Numbered from the stretch's first letter, positions 19,235 through 29,952 are shown. The stretch: 64,000 bases of DNA from Minisyncoccota bacterium (GCA_023137185.1 JAGLPS010000002.1:47458-111457); one strand, 5' to 3'. The notes: generated by a model from the letters alone, not told the origin. Numbers and translations are program-made.

Positions 19235-20959
19235 ATGGATGCTGAAACTATACGTTTAATATATTACGTTTCTCTTGTTACAAATGTTGTTTGTGACGGC
19301 TTAGCTGGAATTTTTCTTTTTTTTACAGCATATCGCAAAGCGCGCTCTGCGCGAATGTTTGCAAATATGTCTTTTGCCCTTGTCTTTTGGTCGCTTACCT
19401 TTTTTATAGCCCTCACCGTGCCGACGGTCCCTATTTCTGCTGTAAATACTCTTATTCAAATATCATATATAGGTCTTGCGTTTGCGGCGGTGTTTTTTCT
19501 TGATTTTTGTTTAAGTTTTGTTGAAGAGCGTTCAATAGCACGGTATCGTTGGCCGAGAAGAATAGGGTATTTTCTAGCTCTTACTTTTTCCTTTTTGTTT
19601 ATTCTAGGGGCGTTTACTGAGGTACGCCTTGTCCTTGCTGGCACTGAATCGAGTTTGTGGTTTCCACTATGGGGCAAGGCAGGTCCTTTGTATGGGGTGT
19701 ATCTGATTTATTTCTTAGGACTTTTTAGTGCTGGATTTTATTATCTTCTTAGTTTGTGGTTTAAAACTACCGATACCGCCCTTAAGAAACAAATCTCTCT
19801 TATTTTTTGGATGACAGTTATTCCTGCTCTTGGTGGTTCTACGCAATACCTCATTGTCTATAAAATTCCGGTGTTTCCAGTAGGCGCGTATCTTATCCCA
19901 GTGTATGTATTTGGACTTCTCTATGCAATTACACGATTCCATTTATTCAATGTAAAAGTTATTACCGCAGAAGTTTTTACAATTACTATATGGATGGCAT
20001 TAGCAGGAAAAGTTTTGTTTGTGCAGGATATCACAACCTTAGTACTTGATCTTGGAGTACTCTTCGCTTCAATTATTTTTGGTCTATTTGCAATACGCAG
20101 TATCTTGAACGAAGCGCGCCAGAAAGAACATTTGGAAGATTTAAATGACCTCCTTGAAGAGAAAGTGGCTAAGCAGACAAGAGAAATCCGCAAATCCTAT
20201 GAGGTGGAAAAGAAAGCTCGTATTGAGCTTGAAGAGTTAGATAAGTCAAAGGACCAATTCATTCTCACCACTCAACATCACTTGCGAACCCCGCTTACGA
20301 TTGCAAAAGGTTATTTAGAGCTCTTGCAGCGCGATGAGCCACGCTTAAGCCCGAAGGGCAAAGAATATCTTTCACAGATAGACCAATCCGTTGAAAGAAT
20401 GAAAAGTCTGGTCAGTGATTTTCTTAATGTTTCTCAGCTGGAGGTGGGGAAGGCCGTTCTGGAGCCCCTCCCTCTTGATATATACAACGTTCTTTCGGAT
20501 ATTTATAAGGAACTTAAAGCGGATATCGTTCGCAAGCATCTCTCTTTTGAGCTTCGTTTTTCACCAAAAGCCCTTCAATCAAAAGTTATGGCCGACAAGC
20601 GTGTTGTGAGGGCAGCGTTTTATAATCTTGTTGATAATGCGGTGAAATATACCGAAAAAGGAGGTATAAGGATAGTTGGGGAAATTTTTACTCATCCTAT
20701 AGAAAAACTTGAATTTTTACGTGTCAGTATTATTGATACTGGCATTGGTATTGACACAGATGAATTGCCGAGAATTTTCAATCGGTACTTTGAAAGAGGT
20801 GTAGATGCTGAGAAAATTTTCGCTTCGGGCAAAGGATTAGGGCTTTCCATTTCTAAAAATATGATTCAGCTACATAGCGGAAAAATCTTGGTTGATTCTC
20901 ATGGTAAAGGCAAAGGCTCGACCTTTATGGTTGAATTGCCGATTATTTTTTCGTCATAA
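19235..20959 (+). CDS. Membrane sensor histidine kinase (7TM-type N-terminus, HisKA, HATPase)
   Basis: Multiple TM helices; QHHLRTP, NLVDNAVKY, DTGIGI and GLGLSI boxes. Confidence 0.94.
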   Translation: MDAETIRLIYYVSLVTNVVCDGLAGIFLFFTAYRKARSARMFANMSFALVFWSLTFFIALTVPTVPISAVNTLIQISYIGLAFAAVFFLDFCLSFVEERSIARYRWPRRIGYFLALTFSFLFILGAFTEVRLVLAGTESSLWFPLWGKAGPLYGVYLIYFLGLFSAGFYYLLSLWFKTTDTALKKQISLIFWMTVIPALGGSTQYLIVYKIPVFPVGAYLIPVYVFGLLYAITRFHLFNVKVITAEVFTITIWMALAGKVLFVQDITTLVLDLGVLFASIIFGLFAIRSILNEARQKEHLEDLNDLLEEKVAKQTREIRKSYEVEKKARIELEELDKSKDQFILTTQHHLRTPLTIAKGYLELLQRDEPRLSPKGKEYLSQIDQSVERMKSLVSDFLNVSQLEVGKAVLEPLPLDIYNVLSDIYKELKADIVRKHLSFELRFSPKALQSKVMADKRVVRAAFYNLVDNAVKYTEKGGIRIVGEIFTHPIEKLEFLRVSIIDTGIGIDTDELPRIFNRYFERGVDAEKIFASGKGLGLSISKNMIQLHSGKILVDSHGKGKGSTFMVELPIIFSS

Positions 20960-21141
20960 GAGCGTGTGAGTCTGTCAACTTTCAGAAATATTTTGGTAAA
21001 ACAACGGATATCTTGACGATGGCAGCCGTTGTCAACGGTCTTGTGGACGTGATTGGATTTGGTGTGGGGAAGAGGGAATTTGGTAAAAAATAAACCTGCT
21101 TTTAAGCAGGGGTCTACAATTAAATATATAACAATAAACTT

Positions 21142-21561
21142 TTAGTCTGTACAAGTTATTCCTACCATTCCACAAATCTGTGTGACAAATAATACCGGAG
21201 AAGTGTCCATTTTAAGAACGTGGCTTGTGTTAGGTGTTTGCTTTACAGTCTGTTTGATTTCGTTTGTTCCGTAATTGGTAAGCATAATAACTGGAACAGA
21301 GTCAAATTCCTTGTTCTTTCTAATTTCTTTTAGAATTTCTAATCCAGAGATATCGGGTAAAAGAATATCCGAAACAATAATATCTGGTTTTGGTTCATCT
21401 CCTTTCCTAAACCGTTCAATTTTTTCAAGAGCTTCTTTTCCTGTCGTCGCACTTTTTATTTTAAAATCACTTCCTGAAAACGCAGATTCGTACAAATCTA
21501 TAATTGCCGGCTCATCCTCAATAAAGAAAATTCTGTATGTTCTTTTTTGTTTTTCCGCCAT
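21142..21561 (-). CDS. Single-domain response regulator
   Basis: IEDE and PDIIVSDILLPDISG motifs; ATG at 21561. Confidence 0.92.
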   Translation of the reverse strand: MAEKQKRTYRIFFIEDEPAIIDLYESAFSGSDFKIKSATTGKEALEKIERFRKGDEPKPDIIVSDILLPDISGLEILKEIRKNKEFDSVPVIMLTNYGTNEIKQTVKQTPNTSHVLKMDTSPVLFVTQICGMVGITCTD

Positions 21562-21669
21562 TGTTTTAATTGTATATGGAGATAACTGAAAACACAACGG
21601 AAACAAAAAACTACCTTCAAAAACGGTTTTTGGGAAGAGAAGATGTTCTAGAAACTTTTACAAATAAAA

Positions 21670-21880
21670 ATGCCTTCTCTTAAAAGAGACGGCAGCCTAA
21701 ACGATTTCAAGTTCCAGTGAAAAGGGAGTGTCTCATTTACAGCTCCACATTCTCCAGAAAGAATGCTTCAATGCCCCCACCCATGCTATGCTGCAACACC
21801 TTAACACCTTTCTATTTGCCTACTGTAGGGATTCGAACCCTTACAGATCCCGCTATTTCCAGTATTGTTCAGGCAGTACA
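21670..21880 (-). other. Stand-alone small transcription unit: tRNA-like hairpin, SD, 20-aa ORF (21799..21737), terminator
   Basis: -10 TGgTAAATT near 21885; ctgtaaggg-ttcgaat-ccctacag; SD agaaaggtg; terminator tgccgtctct...agagaaggca-ttttt. Confidence 0.5.
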
Positions 21881-22051
21881 AATTTACCACAAATTTCTCT
21901 AATTACAATAGCTATTTTTAAATTCTCACAATATATACACAAAACAAAAACCGCCAGAAAGGCGGCGTTGTTTTGTCTGTGGAGCACTTCGGCGTAGTAC
22001 GCCTCAGTATTCTCACAAAATATAGTCGCTCTCGCAGAGCTTGTTATTTTG

Positions 22052-22470
22052 TGGAGGTGGGCGGAATCGAACCGCCGTGCAAAATAGGATTTCTCAACGA
22101 ATCTACAATACGTAGTTTATTTCAATCCGTCAGCTGACGGATTTAAGCACAAGGTGTAAGAAATAAACAAAACCACAATGTGCCGATTCCTAAAATTTTG
22201 TGCTGATACTGGAAAATATCAACATATAGTCCGGAAGATATTACACTTCGTTTGCGTTACCGAACATCACGCAAAGAAATGCCGCTCAGTCCGTCTTAGA
22301 CGGAGTAAGCGAAAGCGAAGTCGTTTTCCGTAAAGTACGGAGAAACTAGTGACTTTGCCCGTGCAAAAGTATTTTTAGCACGTATAGTTTCCTCAACATA
22401 TTAGGAGAAGTGAGGATTACTCCGTATTGCACATTGAAAATTCATTATTTTGTCTAGGCCGATCACCCCC
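22052..22470 (-). ncRNA. ssrA: tmRNA
   Basis: Ala-type acceptor 5' GGGGGTG / 3' CACCTCCA, T-arm ggttcgattcc, tag ORF 22379..22296, next to smpB. Confidence 0.93.
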
Positions 22471-22536
22471 CTAAAACAAATTTTACAAAGTAAAATTTGT
22501 TCAACAGTATAAAATACGCTTTAGGCAAATGACCGG

Positions 22537-22983
22537 CTATCTTTTCAAAGTTCTTCCAATATCTCGTTCCGTATCGCGTTTCTTTATTGTTTCGCGTTTG
22601 TCGTATTTTTTCTTACCGCGAACGATTGCGATGTCTACCTTTATTTTTCTACCAACATTATACATTGAAAGAGGGACTACTGTCAACCCTTTTTTGTCCT
22701 CAGCAAGAGAAATTTCCTGTAGTTCTTTTTTGGTTAAAAGTAATTTACGATTTCTCTCTGGATTGTAGATTTCCGGAGTATTTTTTGGTTGAAAAGGAGG
22801 AATAGATACCCCTATCAAATATGCTTCTCCTCCGCGTACAGTGATGTGTGTTCCGTCTAGGGACCCCATTTTACTCCTTACTGCTTTTACCTCAAAACCG
22901 AAAAGCTCAATGCCTGCTGACATTTTCTCAAGAATCTCGTAATTAAGCGTTACTTTTTTATTTTGTAAAAGCATTGCACTCAT
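22537..22983 (-). CDS. smpB: SsrA-binding protein
   Basis: AGIELFGFEVK, RKLLL, GLTVVPL and GKKKYDKRE motifs. Confidence 0.97.
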   Translation of the reverse strand: MSAMLLQNKKVTLNYEILEKMSAGIELFGFEVKAVRSKMGSLDGTHITVRGGEAYLIGVSIPPFQPKNTPEIYNPERNRKLLLTKKELQEISLAEDKKGLTVVPLSMYNVGRKIKVDIAIVRGKKKYDKRETIKKRDTERDIGRTLKR

Positions 22984-23013
22984 AATAACAGATTATACCC
23001 GTCCTTCAATTTA

Positions 23014-23209
23014 CTCCCCCCACCCGTCTTGTTAGGGTATTTTGTTGTTTCAGTTGGACAATTAATAGTCTAAGTAATACTTGCCATACTTTTTATAATT
23101 ACCTTACTCCTTAAAATACTATCTTCTTACGGTCGTCCCTACGGGAGATCTGCCGTAGGCATAAGAGATGTTCCGAAGGGACACAGCAATGACAAGATGG
23201 GTGTGGGGG
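23014..23209. mobile_element. Inverted-repeat element between smpB and ftsH
   Basis: ctccccccacccgtcttgt / acaagatgggtgtggggg, TTTA on both sides; internal hairpin cctacgg...ccgtagg. Confidence 0.7.
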
Positions 23210-23240
23210 TTTAACCTTTTTTAAGGTATAATGGGTTTTT

Positions 23241-25178
23241 ATGAATAGCGGTATCAAACAAAAGAACGGAAAAAAGAATATTCGGCTTATTATTAAGCCT
23301 TCTAACAGTGGTCGGAACAAAAAACCTGTCCCTTTTTGGGGAAACATTCTGACAACTCTTTTGATTTTCCTTACACTTCTTTCTTTATACACACTTCTTT
23401 CCGAAGGATTCATCGAGAAAGAAAAAATTCCAATATCGCAACTTGCCCGAGATATAGAAGCAAAACAGGTGACTTCAATTGTTGTTGAAGGTGATATGCT
23501 TTCTGTAACTTACATTACAGACGAGGAAAAAGAGGTTAAAAAAGAAGAGGGGACAGCCTTGTCAGAAACGCTTACTAATTACGGGGTTTCAAGTGAGCAG
23601 CTCAAAGATATATCAATTTCTGTTGAAAGTGACACGGGTTTTGCGTTCTGGTTTCTCACACTTGCTCCAATTCTTTTTCCGATAGCACTCCTCTTTCTTT
23701 TTATTTGGTTTATGGGACGTCAAGTTCGGGGGGCGGGTATGCAGGCATTTTCTTTCGGTCAGTCAAAAGCGCGGCTTATCTCGCCTGATGACAAACGGCA
23801 GCGGGTAATGTTTAAAGATGTCGCAGGCGCGAAGGAAGCGAAGGAAGAACTTGCTGAAATCGTAGACTTTCTCAAAAATCCGAAAAAGTTTTTTGATATT
23901 GGAGCGCAAATTCCTCGCGGCATTATTCTTATGGGAGCGCCTGGGACAGGAAAAACACTCCTTGCTCGAGCTGTAGCGGGAGAAGCGGGAGTTGCCTTTT
24001 TCTCTATCTCTGGTTCGGAGTTTGTGGAAATGTTTGTTGGTGTCGGGGCTTCTCGTGTTCGTGACCTCTTTAAGATAGCCAAACATACGGCACCCGCGAT
24101 TGTTTTTATTGATGAGATTGATGCTGTTGGAAGAGTGAGAGGTACTGGTGTTGGGGGGGGGAATGATGAAAGAGAGCAGACTTTAAACCAGATCCTTGTT
24201 GAGATGGACGGATTTGAGCAAAACGAAAAAGTTATTGTTATAGCTGCAACAAATCGACCAGACGTGTTAGATCCAGCTCTGCTTCGTCCGGGGAGATTTG
24301 ATAGAAGGGTTACGATTGATTTACCTGATCGAAAAGACAGAGAAGATATTTTAAAAATTCATTCAGGGAAAAAACCGCTTGCCGAGGATGTCAACCTCTC
24401 CATTGTTGCCGAACGAACTCCAGGTTTTTCCGGAGCTGATTTGCAATCACTTATGAACGAAGCCGCGATTTTGGCTGCTCGCGAGAACAGAAAAAAAGTC
24501 GCGCAATTTGACCTAGTTCGTTCAATTGAAAAGGTGATGCTGGGGCCGGAAAGAAGAAGCCATGTGTTGAATCAAAAAGAAAAAGAAATTACCGCGTACC
24601 ATGAAGCAGGGCATGCGGTTGTCGCGTCTGTCTTGCCCTACGCCGATCCAGTTCATAAGATTTCAATAATTTCACGTGGAAACGCGGCGGGCTATACTCT
24701 TAAACTTCCTTTTGAAGACAAGCGTTTTCAGTCAAAGAAAGAATTTCTTGATGATATCGCGGTTTCCCTTGGGGGATATGTCGCCGAGAGAATGATATTT
24801 GGCGATTTGACAACCGGTTCCTCAAACGACTTGCAGGTCTCTTCCGCGCTTGCTCGCGATATGGTTACAAAATACGGAATGTCGGACACAATAGGACCAA
24901 TTGCTCTTGAAAACCAGGGGGGGCGGTCAATATTTGGAAAAGGAATTGATGTAAAAGAATACTCGGAAGAAGTTGGCGCCCGCATAGACAAGGAAATTGA
25001 GCAAATAATGAATGAGGCGCTCAAAAAAGCCGAGGATATTTTGAATAAACACAGAGTCATTCTTGATGTCGTCGCGAAGGAACTTATTGTAATTGAAACA
25101 ATCGAGCGCGAAGATTTTGAAAAACTTCTCATAGCAAATGGCATTACTCCCAAAAAGAAGGAAGAACCCAAAAGCTAG
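23241..25178 (+). CDS. ftsH: ATP-dependent zinc metalloprotease FtsH
   Basis: Two TM helices, Walker [24 protein letters not shown]. Confidence 0.98.
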   Translation: MNSGIKQKNGKKNIRLIIKPSNSGRNKKPVPFWGNILTTLLIFLTLLSLYTLLSEGFIEKEKIPISQLARDIEAKQVTSIVVEGDMLSVTYITDEEKEVKKEEGTALSETLTNYGVSSEQLKDISISVESDTGFAFWFLTLAPILFPIALLFLFIWFMGRQVRGAGMQAFSFGQSKARLISPDDKRQRVMFKDVAGAKEAKEELAEIVDFLKNPKKFFDIGAQIPRGIILMGAPGTGKTLLARAVAGEAGVAFFSISGSEFVEMFVGVGASRVRDLFKIAKHTAPAIVFIDEIDAVGRVRGTGVGGGNDEREQTLNQILVEMDGFEQNEKVIVIAATNRPDVLDPALLRPGRFDRRVTIDLPDRKDREDILKIHSGKKPLAEDVNLSIVAERTPGFSGADLQSLMNEAAILAARENRKKVAQFDLVRSIEKVMLGPERRSHVLNQKEKEITAYHEAGHAVVASVLPYADPVHKISIISRGNAAGYTLKLPFEDKRFQSKKEFLDDIAVSLGGYVAERMIFGDLTTGSSNDLQVSSALARDMVTKYGMSDTIGPIALENQGGRSIFGKGIDVKEYSEEVGARIDKEIEQIMNEALKKAEDILNKHRVILDVVAKELIVIETIEREDFEKLLIANGITPKKKEEPKS

Positions 25179-25391
25179 GTAAAAAAGCTCTGTCCGTTTA
25201 AAATCCCACAGTTTAACTACAGACTTCTTTTTGCGGTATAATAAAATTTACTATCCGCGAGGTATCCGCGGACGGCATCGGGGAAACTTTGTTGGATGGG
25301 AGCGAGCTCCGCTCGTCCCTATTATTGCGCGACCATTCATCCCCGCCGCAAGCGGACGGAGATAAATGGTCGCTTCCAATTAAAAAGCCAA

Positions 25392-25861
25392 ATGGACTTT
25401 TCTCAAATCAGCTTTTATAGCCTATCTGCGCTTGTAAACTTTTTTGCGAGTTTCTTTTTTGGGACATTTGTATATCTGCAGGACAGAAAGAGCAACTAAC
25501 CAGACTCAACGCCAATTTAGATGTTCTCAACCAGAATCTTGAGAAGAAAGTGGCAGAGCAGACTCAAGAAATCCGTAAAGCCTACGAAGTGGAAAAAGAG
25601 GCTAGGAAGGGGCTTGAGGAACTCAACAAAGCCAAAAACGAATTTATCCTTGCAAGTCAGCACAATTTAAGAACGCCAATAACGATTGCAAAAGGCTACG
25701 TCGAGGAAACCGGACTAAGCCTTAAGGGTAATGATACTGCGCGTGAATATTTAGATAAAACGACAGGAGTGTTGGAAACTCTTGCCAAACTCGTCAACGG
25801 ACTTATTGATGTGACTGATCTCAAAGTGGGGAAGGAGGGGTTTAGCAAAAATAAGAAATAG
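25392..25861 (+). pseudogene. Internally deleted histidine kinase remnant
   Basis: A first TM-like helix (MDFSQISFY...DRKSN*) joined out of frame to a coiled-coil/HisKA segment (QHNLRTP) paralogous to 19235..20959; no HATPase. Confidence 0.75.
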
Positions 25862-26001
25862 CGCGACCATTAGAACTTAAACCTTTAGTCACGCAGGTTA
25901 TTCAGAAATATAAAAGGTTTACTTGTATCAATTGCAAAAATATGTCTATCCTCTAGGACTCAAACCTGGGACTACGAAGGTATATAGGAAAAATTTTTCT
26001 G

Positions 26002-26075
26002 TGCGAGTACCAGGACTCGAACCTGGAACCGCGGAGGTATAAGCTCCGTGCTCTAACCAATTGAGCTATACTCGC
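26002..26075 (-). tRNA. tRNA-Ile(UAU)
   Basis: Cloverleaf; anticodon arm cggag-CTTATAC-ctccg; CCA not encoded. Confidence 0.88.
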
Positions 26076-26186
26076 ATATTTTATGTTTCTAAAGTACGAA
26101 GGTATTTTATACCTATTTGCACAAAATCTCCACCCTTCCCCCCTGTTTCTTGGAGGGAGAAATCCTTTTCCGAACCTTTAGAGTGA

Positions 26187-26283
26187 GCACACTATTTTCA
26201 AAAGACTCTGCGCAGGTCGATGAGGCCGAGCAGGAAGAAAAATTTTAGCAAAAATTTATTCTGTTCTTTTGAAAATAGTGTGC
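26187..26283. repeat. Hairpin element with 19-bp perfect terminal inverted repeats
   Basis: gcacactattttcaaaaga / tcttttgaaaatagtgtgc; related to 3514-3780. Confidence 0.65.
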
Positions 26284-26292
26284 GAACGGCCT

Positions 26293-28449
26293 TTACTCAA
26301 AATGAATCTTCTCTCTTTTTTCTTCGATGTTCTTTTTGAGAAGAGGGTAGTCGATCAGGGCGGAATCCGAATCAATGAGTTGTGTTGCTTCCTCCCGCGC
26401 CGCTTCAACCATTTTTATATTGCGAAGTGCTTCCATCCCTAAATCTGTCAGTCCCCATTGTTTTTTTCCATAAAGGTCCCCAGAACCACGCTGCGCAAGG
26501 TCAAATTCAGCAAGTTCAAATCCGTTTTTTGCTTTAACCATACTTTGAAGTCGTTCAAGTGAACTCTCGCTTTTTGTGTCCGCGAACACAAAACAGTATG
26601 ACTGATGCGTACTTCTAATCACACGTCCACGAAGTTGATGGAGTTGGGCAAGCCCAAATCGTTCAGCTCCCTCAATAATAATAACCGTTGCATCAGGGAC
26701 GTTCACTCCCACTTCAATAACTGAAGTGGCAACCAAAATATCAATTTCTCCATTTTTGAATTCTTGCATCACATCTTCTTTCTCCTTTTTTAACATTTTG
26801 CCATGAAGAATTCCGATTTCATTTTTTGGAAACACTTCTTTTTTTAATCGCCTCGCTTCCTCTTTTACTGATTTTACGTTAAGGGCCAATTCTTTTGTCG
26901 GGTCTGGTTCGTCGATGCGAGGACATATTACGTAGGCTTGCCGTCCGGCAGAGAGCTCCTTTTTTATCACTTCATACGCGGTGTTTCGTTTGGTGGGAAG
27001 AACAATTTCGGTAATTACCGGTTTTCTGCCGGACGGCATCTCATCAAGAAGCGTAATATCGAGATCTCCATAGACTGTAAGCGCAAGTGTGCGGGGGATA
27101 GGAGTCGCTGTCATTGAAAGGAGGTGGGGAAGCACTACGTCCTGCTTATGCCTCAGATTTTTTCGCTGCTTTGTGCCAAAACGGTGTTGCTCATCAATTA
27201 CCACAAATGCAAGATTCCTAAATTCAACTGTTTTTTGAATCAATGCATGAGTTCCAACAAGAATTGGAATTTCTCCGTTCTCGACCCATTTTAGAAGCTG
27301 ACTGCGGGAAATATCTGTCGCTTTTTCAGAATTTACCTTTGAAGGAAATTTCTTGCACCCACTTCCTGTAATAAGTCCTATTTGTATGGGCAGATGCTTG
27401 AAATATTCAATGAAAGACTCAAAATGCTGTTGCGCAAGAATTTCTGTGGGAGCCATATATGCTACCTGTAAATTTCCGTAGTCCTGCTTAGGCGGCGAGG
27501 TGGTTACAATGGCATATGCTACTGTTGCGGCAACGGCAGTTTTTCCAGAACCAACGTCTCCTTCCAAGAGTCGTGACATTGGCGTATGTTTTGAAAAATC
27601 TTCCAAAATTTTATCTATTGCCTTTTCTTGCGCGGAGGTTAAAGAAAATGAGAATCGAGCAGTAAATTCTCCCAGTTCTTTTTTTGTTTTTCTTATTTTA
27701 AACGCTGAATATTCCGCGTATAATTTTCGCTCTTTTTGTTTCTGAAGTTGAATGTAAAATACTTCCTCAAAGGCAAATCGTTTGCGCGCTGATAGGCTGT
27801 CCTCCTTCCGTTTGGGCGCGTGTATCCAAATGAGAGCGGTACGGAGCGAGGGAAGGTGGTATTTCTCAAGAATGCGTGTTGGAATTGAATCTTCGAGGGT
27901 ATCAAGAACGCCACCCTTGAGTATTTTTTGTATTGAGTGAAATATCCAGCGCGAAGTGACGCCCCGTGTTTCCCGATATATCGGATATGCGAATCCATTT
28001 TCACTTTTCCCAAACAAAGAGTTTCCTACCGCGATAGGGACTTTTTTCACCTTTTCAATCTCTGGATTTACAAATGCCAAATCTCCTTTTCGTTCTGAAA
28101 TTTTTCCCTCAATTTTTACAAAAGTTTCCGGCTGAATCATCTTAGCAATATAGGGTTGGTGAAGCCACACGATTTTTATTGTTCCTGATTCGTCGGAAAG
28201 ACGCGCTTCTGCCATCGGAATTTTTGATTTCCACCCTTTGCGGATTTTGATTTGGGAAATTTTTCCATAAACAAGCGCGGTGTCTCCCTTTTCGAGAGTT
28301 TTTATATTTTTTATTTGGGCGACATTTCCATACCGAGTGGGAAAGTAAAAAAGCAGGTCTTCCACTGTCTCAAGTCCGAGTTTCTTTAGGGCGCAGTTTT
28401 GTGGAGTGAGGATTTTAAATACTTTATCAAGGGGGGAGTTAATATCCAT
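26293..28449 (-). CDS. recG: ATP-dependent DNA helicase RecG
   Basis: GDVGSGKT, MAPTEILA, DEQHRFG, TATPIPRT and QLHQLRGRV motifs. Confidence 0.98.
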   Translation of the reverse strand: MDINSPLDKVFKILTPQNCALKKLGLETVEDLLFYFPTRYGNVAQIKNIKTLEKGDTALVYGKISQIKIRKGWKSKIPMAEARLSDESGTIKIVWLHQPYIAKMIQPETFVKIEGKISERKGDLAFVNPEIEKVKKVPIAVGNSLFGKSENGFAYPIYRETRGVTSRWIFHSIQKILKGGVLDTLEDSIPTRILEKYHLPSLRTALIWIHAPKRKEDSLSARKRFAFEEVFYIQLQKQKERKLYAEYSAFKIRKTKKELGEFTARFSFSLTSAQEKAIDKILEDFSKHTPMSRLLEGDVGSGKTAVAATVAYAIVTTSPPKQDYGNLQVAYMAPTEILAQQHFESFIEYFKHLPIQIGLITGSGCKKFPSKVNSEKATDISRSQLLKWVENGEIPILVGTHALIQKTVEFRNLAFVVIDEQHRFGTKQRKNLRHKQDVVLPHLLSMTATPIPRTLALTVYGDLDITLLDEMPSGRKPVITEIVLPTKRNTAYEVIKKELSAGRQAYVICPRIDEPDPTKELALNVKSVKEEARRLKKEVFPKNEIGILHGKMLKKEKEDVMQEFKNGEIDILVATSVIEVGVNVPDATVIIIEGAERFGLAQLHQLRGRVIRSTHQSYCFVFADTKSESSLERLQSMVKAKNGFELAEFDLAQRGSGDLYGKKQWGLTDLGMEALRNIKMVEAAREEATQLIDSDSALIDYPLLKKNIEEKREKIHFE

Positions 28450-28464
28450 ACGATTTATTTATCT

Positions 28465-28998
28465 TTATAGAAACGCGCGAGCGACACCCCCGATTATGAG
28501 AATTCCTATGAAATTGAGAGTAAACGAAAGAGGGATAACGGTAATTGTTCTTGTTTTTGAAATTCCCATAAGAGTTAATCCGATTTCATCGGGGAGGGGG
28601 GACGCGATAATAATTGCTCCGGCAATGGGGGCAAGAAATTTCAATGGTTTCCATTGGAAAAGAGAAAACCATTTTTTGTACTTAAACCGAGCGATGAGCA
28701 GGGAAATATCGCGAGCAAGACGGTCTCTAACAAAAAGAAAAATAAGCATATCGCCGACAACGGCGCCAAGTCCTCCCCAGAATGCGGTAAAGAGAAGTGA
28801 GCCTGACTGGGCGATTTCTCCCAAAGCTATTGCGGCTGGCGCGACAGTAAAGAAAGAAGTAAAGAAAATCCCTGCAATGAAACTTCCAAGAAACCTTGTC
28901 CCACGAGTCGCCGTCAAAAAGTGCTCAAAAATTCCACTTTGGGCAAGGATAACAGCGAGAAGCACACTCAGCACAACTATTGAAAAATCTCGTCGCAT
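28465..28998 (-). CDS. Multi-pass membrane protein
   Basis: Five or six hydrophobic helices; SPLPDEIG motif. Confidence 0.75.
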   Translation of the reverse strand: MRRDFSIVVLSVLLAVILAQSGIFEHFLTATRGTRFLGSFIAGIFFTSFFTVAPAAIALGEIAQSGSLLFTAFWGGLGAVVGDMLIFLFVRDRLARDISLLIARFKYKKWFSLFQWKPLKFLAPIAGAIIIASPLPDEIGLTLMGISKTRTITVIPLSFTLNFIGILIIGGVARAFL

Positions 28999-29155
28999 AA
29001 GCTATAGAATATCACAAGATTTCCTTTTTGAAGCATTTCTTCCCGAAAGTTTTAAAAATCGCCTCGGGAGATAGCGTAAGCAATATCTCCCGAGGCGATT
29101 TATTGGTTGCCTCTCATCCCTGCAACAGAGCTGCGGGGTGGATGGACGGCCTGTT

Positions 29156-29818
29156 TTATGACGAGTGAACTTTTTCGTTTTTCTTAAGAACTCTTTCTAT
29201 TTTTTTCTCTGATGAAGCAACCCACGAGGGTATTTCAATCGTTGCGATATCTCCTTTCCACGAGTATTCTCGCAGCCGGTTTAATTCTCCAAGTAGCCGG
29301 TATATGTGTGAGACTCTCGTACACCAGTCCATAATCTTCATCTCAAATCCGCTTCCATATATTCGTATCTTTGGAAAATGTTTCTTGAATGTTGCGTATG
29401 CTCTTTGCAATAGAGGAGGAAATGCGCATACAATAAGGCTTTCTGGAAAGAATTTTTTGCTGTGACACACACCAATCCCTTCCATTACCTCGTCGAGTAC
29501 GTTTATTGCCCTATCCTCAACAAAAAGATTTTCCTTTGACACACCTGCCTCAAGCGCATATGAAACATAATTGCACTCTGATGACGATGTACTCTTAAGC
29601 GCTTCCCCCGAAATAATCATTTTGTCCGCTTTTTTCATTCTCCAAAATTTTATCCCGTGTTCTATAATCTGTGGATGATAATGATTGGGAATAAAAATCC
29701 CGTCAGCGTGAGGAAAAGATTCAATCGGCACATCTTCAGGTCTGTTTTCTGAAAGATATGTAAAAATATCTTCGATTGCTGCTACTTCATTTTCTTCTAG
29801 CAATATTTCATTTTCCAC
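29156..29818 (-). CDS. YdcF / DUF218 (ElyC-SanA)-like protein
   Basis: IISG, GVSKENLFVEDRAIN and LQRAYATF motifs; strong SD before GTG at 29818. Confidence 0.7.
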   Translation of the reverse strand: MENEILLEENEVAAIEDIFTYLSENRPEDVPIESFPHADGIFIPNHYHPQIIEHGIKFWRMKKADKMIISGEALKSTSSSECNYVSYALEAGVSKENLFVEDRAINVLDEVMEGIGVCHSKKFFPESLIVCAFPPLLQRAYATFKKHFPKIRIYGSGFEMKIMDWCTRVSHIYRLLGELNRLREYSWKGDIATIEIPSWVASSEKKIERVLKKNEKVHSS

Positions 29819-29952
29819 CTTTCTCACCTCCTTTCATAGAATGTGAACGAAATCTGCCTCAATCCTACCCCATTCTCTCTTTTTCGCAAATGGCGCGAGC
29901 ACTTTCTGAATCAAGCGCGTACGGTAGGGTTTTTTCGTCGCCGAATTCAATT

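Noticed and set aside
21817-21875. Additional tRNA gene
   Set aside because: It has a T-loop but no D-arm, anticodon arm or 7-bp acceptor stem; reported as a structured element instead.
28406-29074. 222-aa plus-strand ORF
   Set aside because: Antisense shadow of the membrane protein gene 28465..28998.
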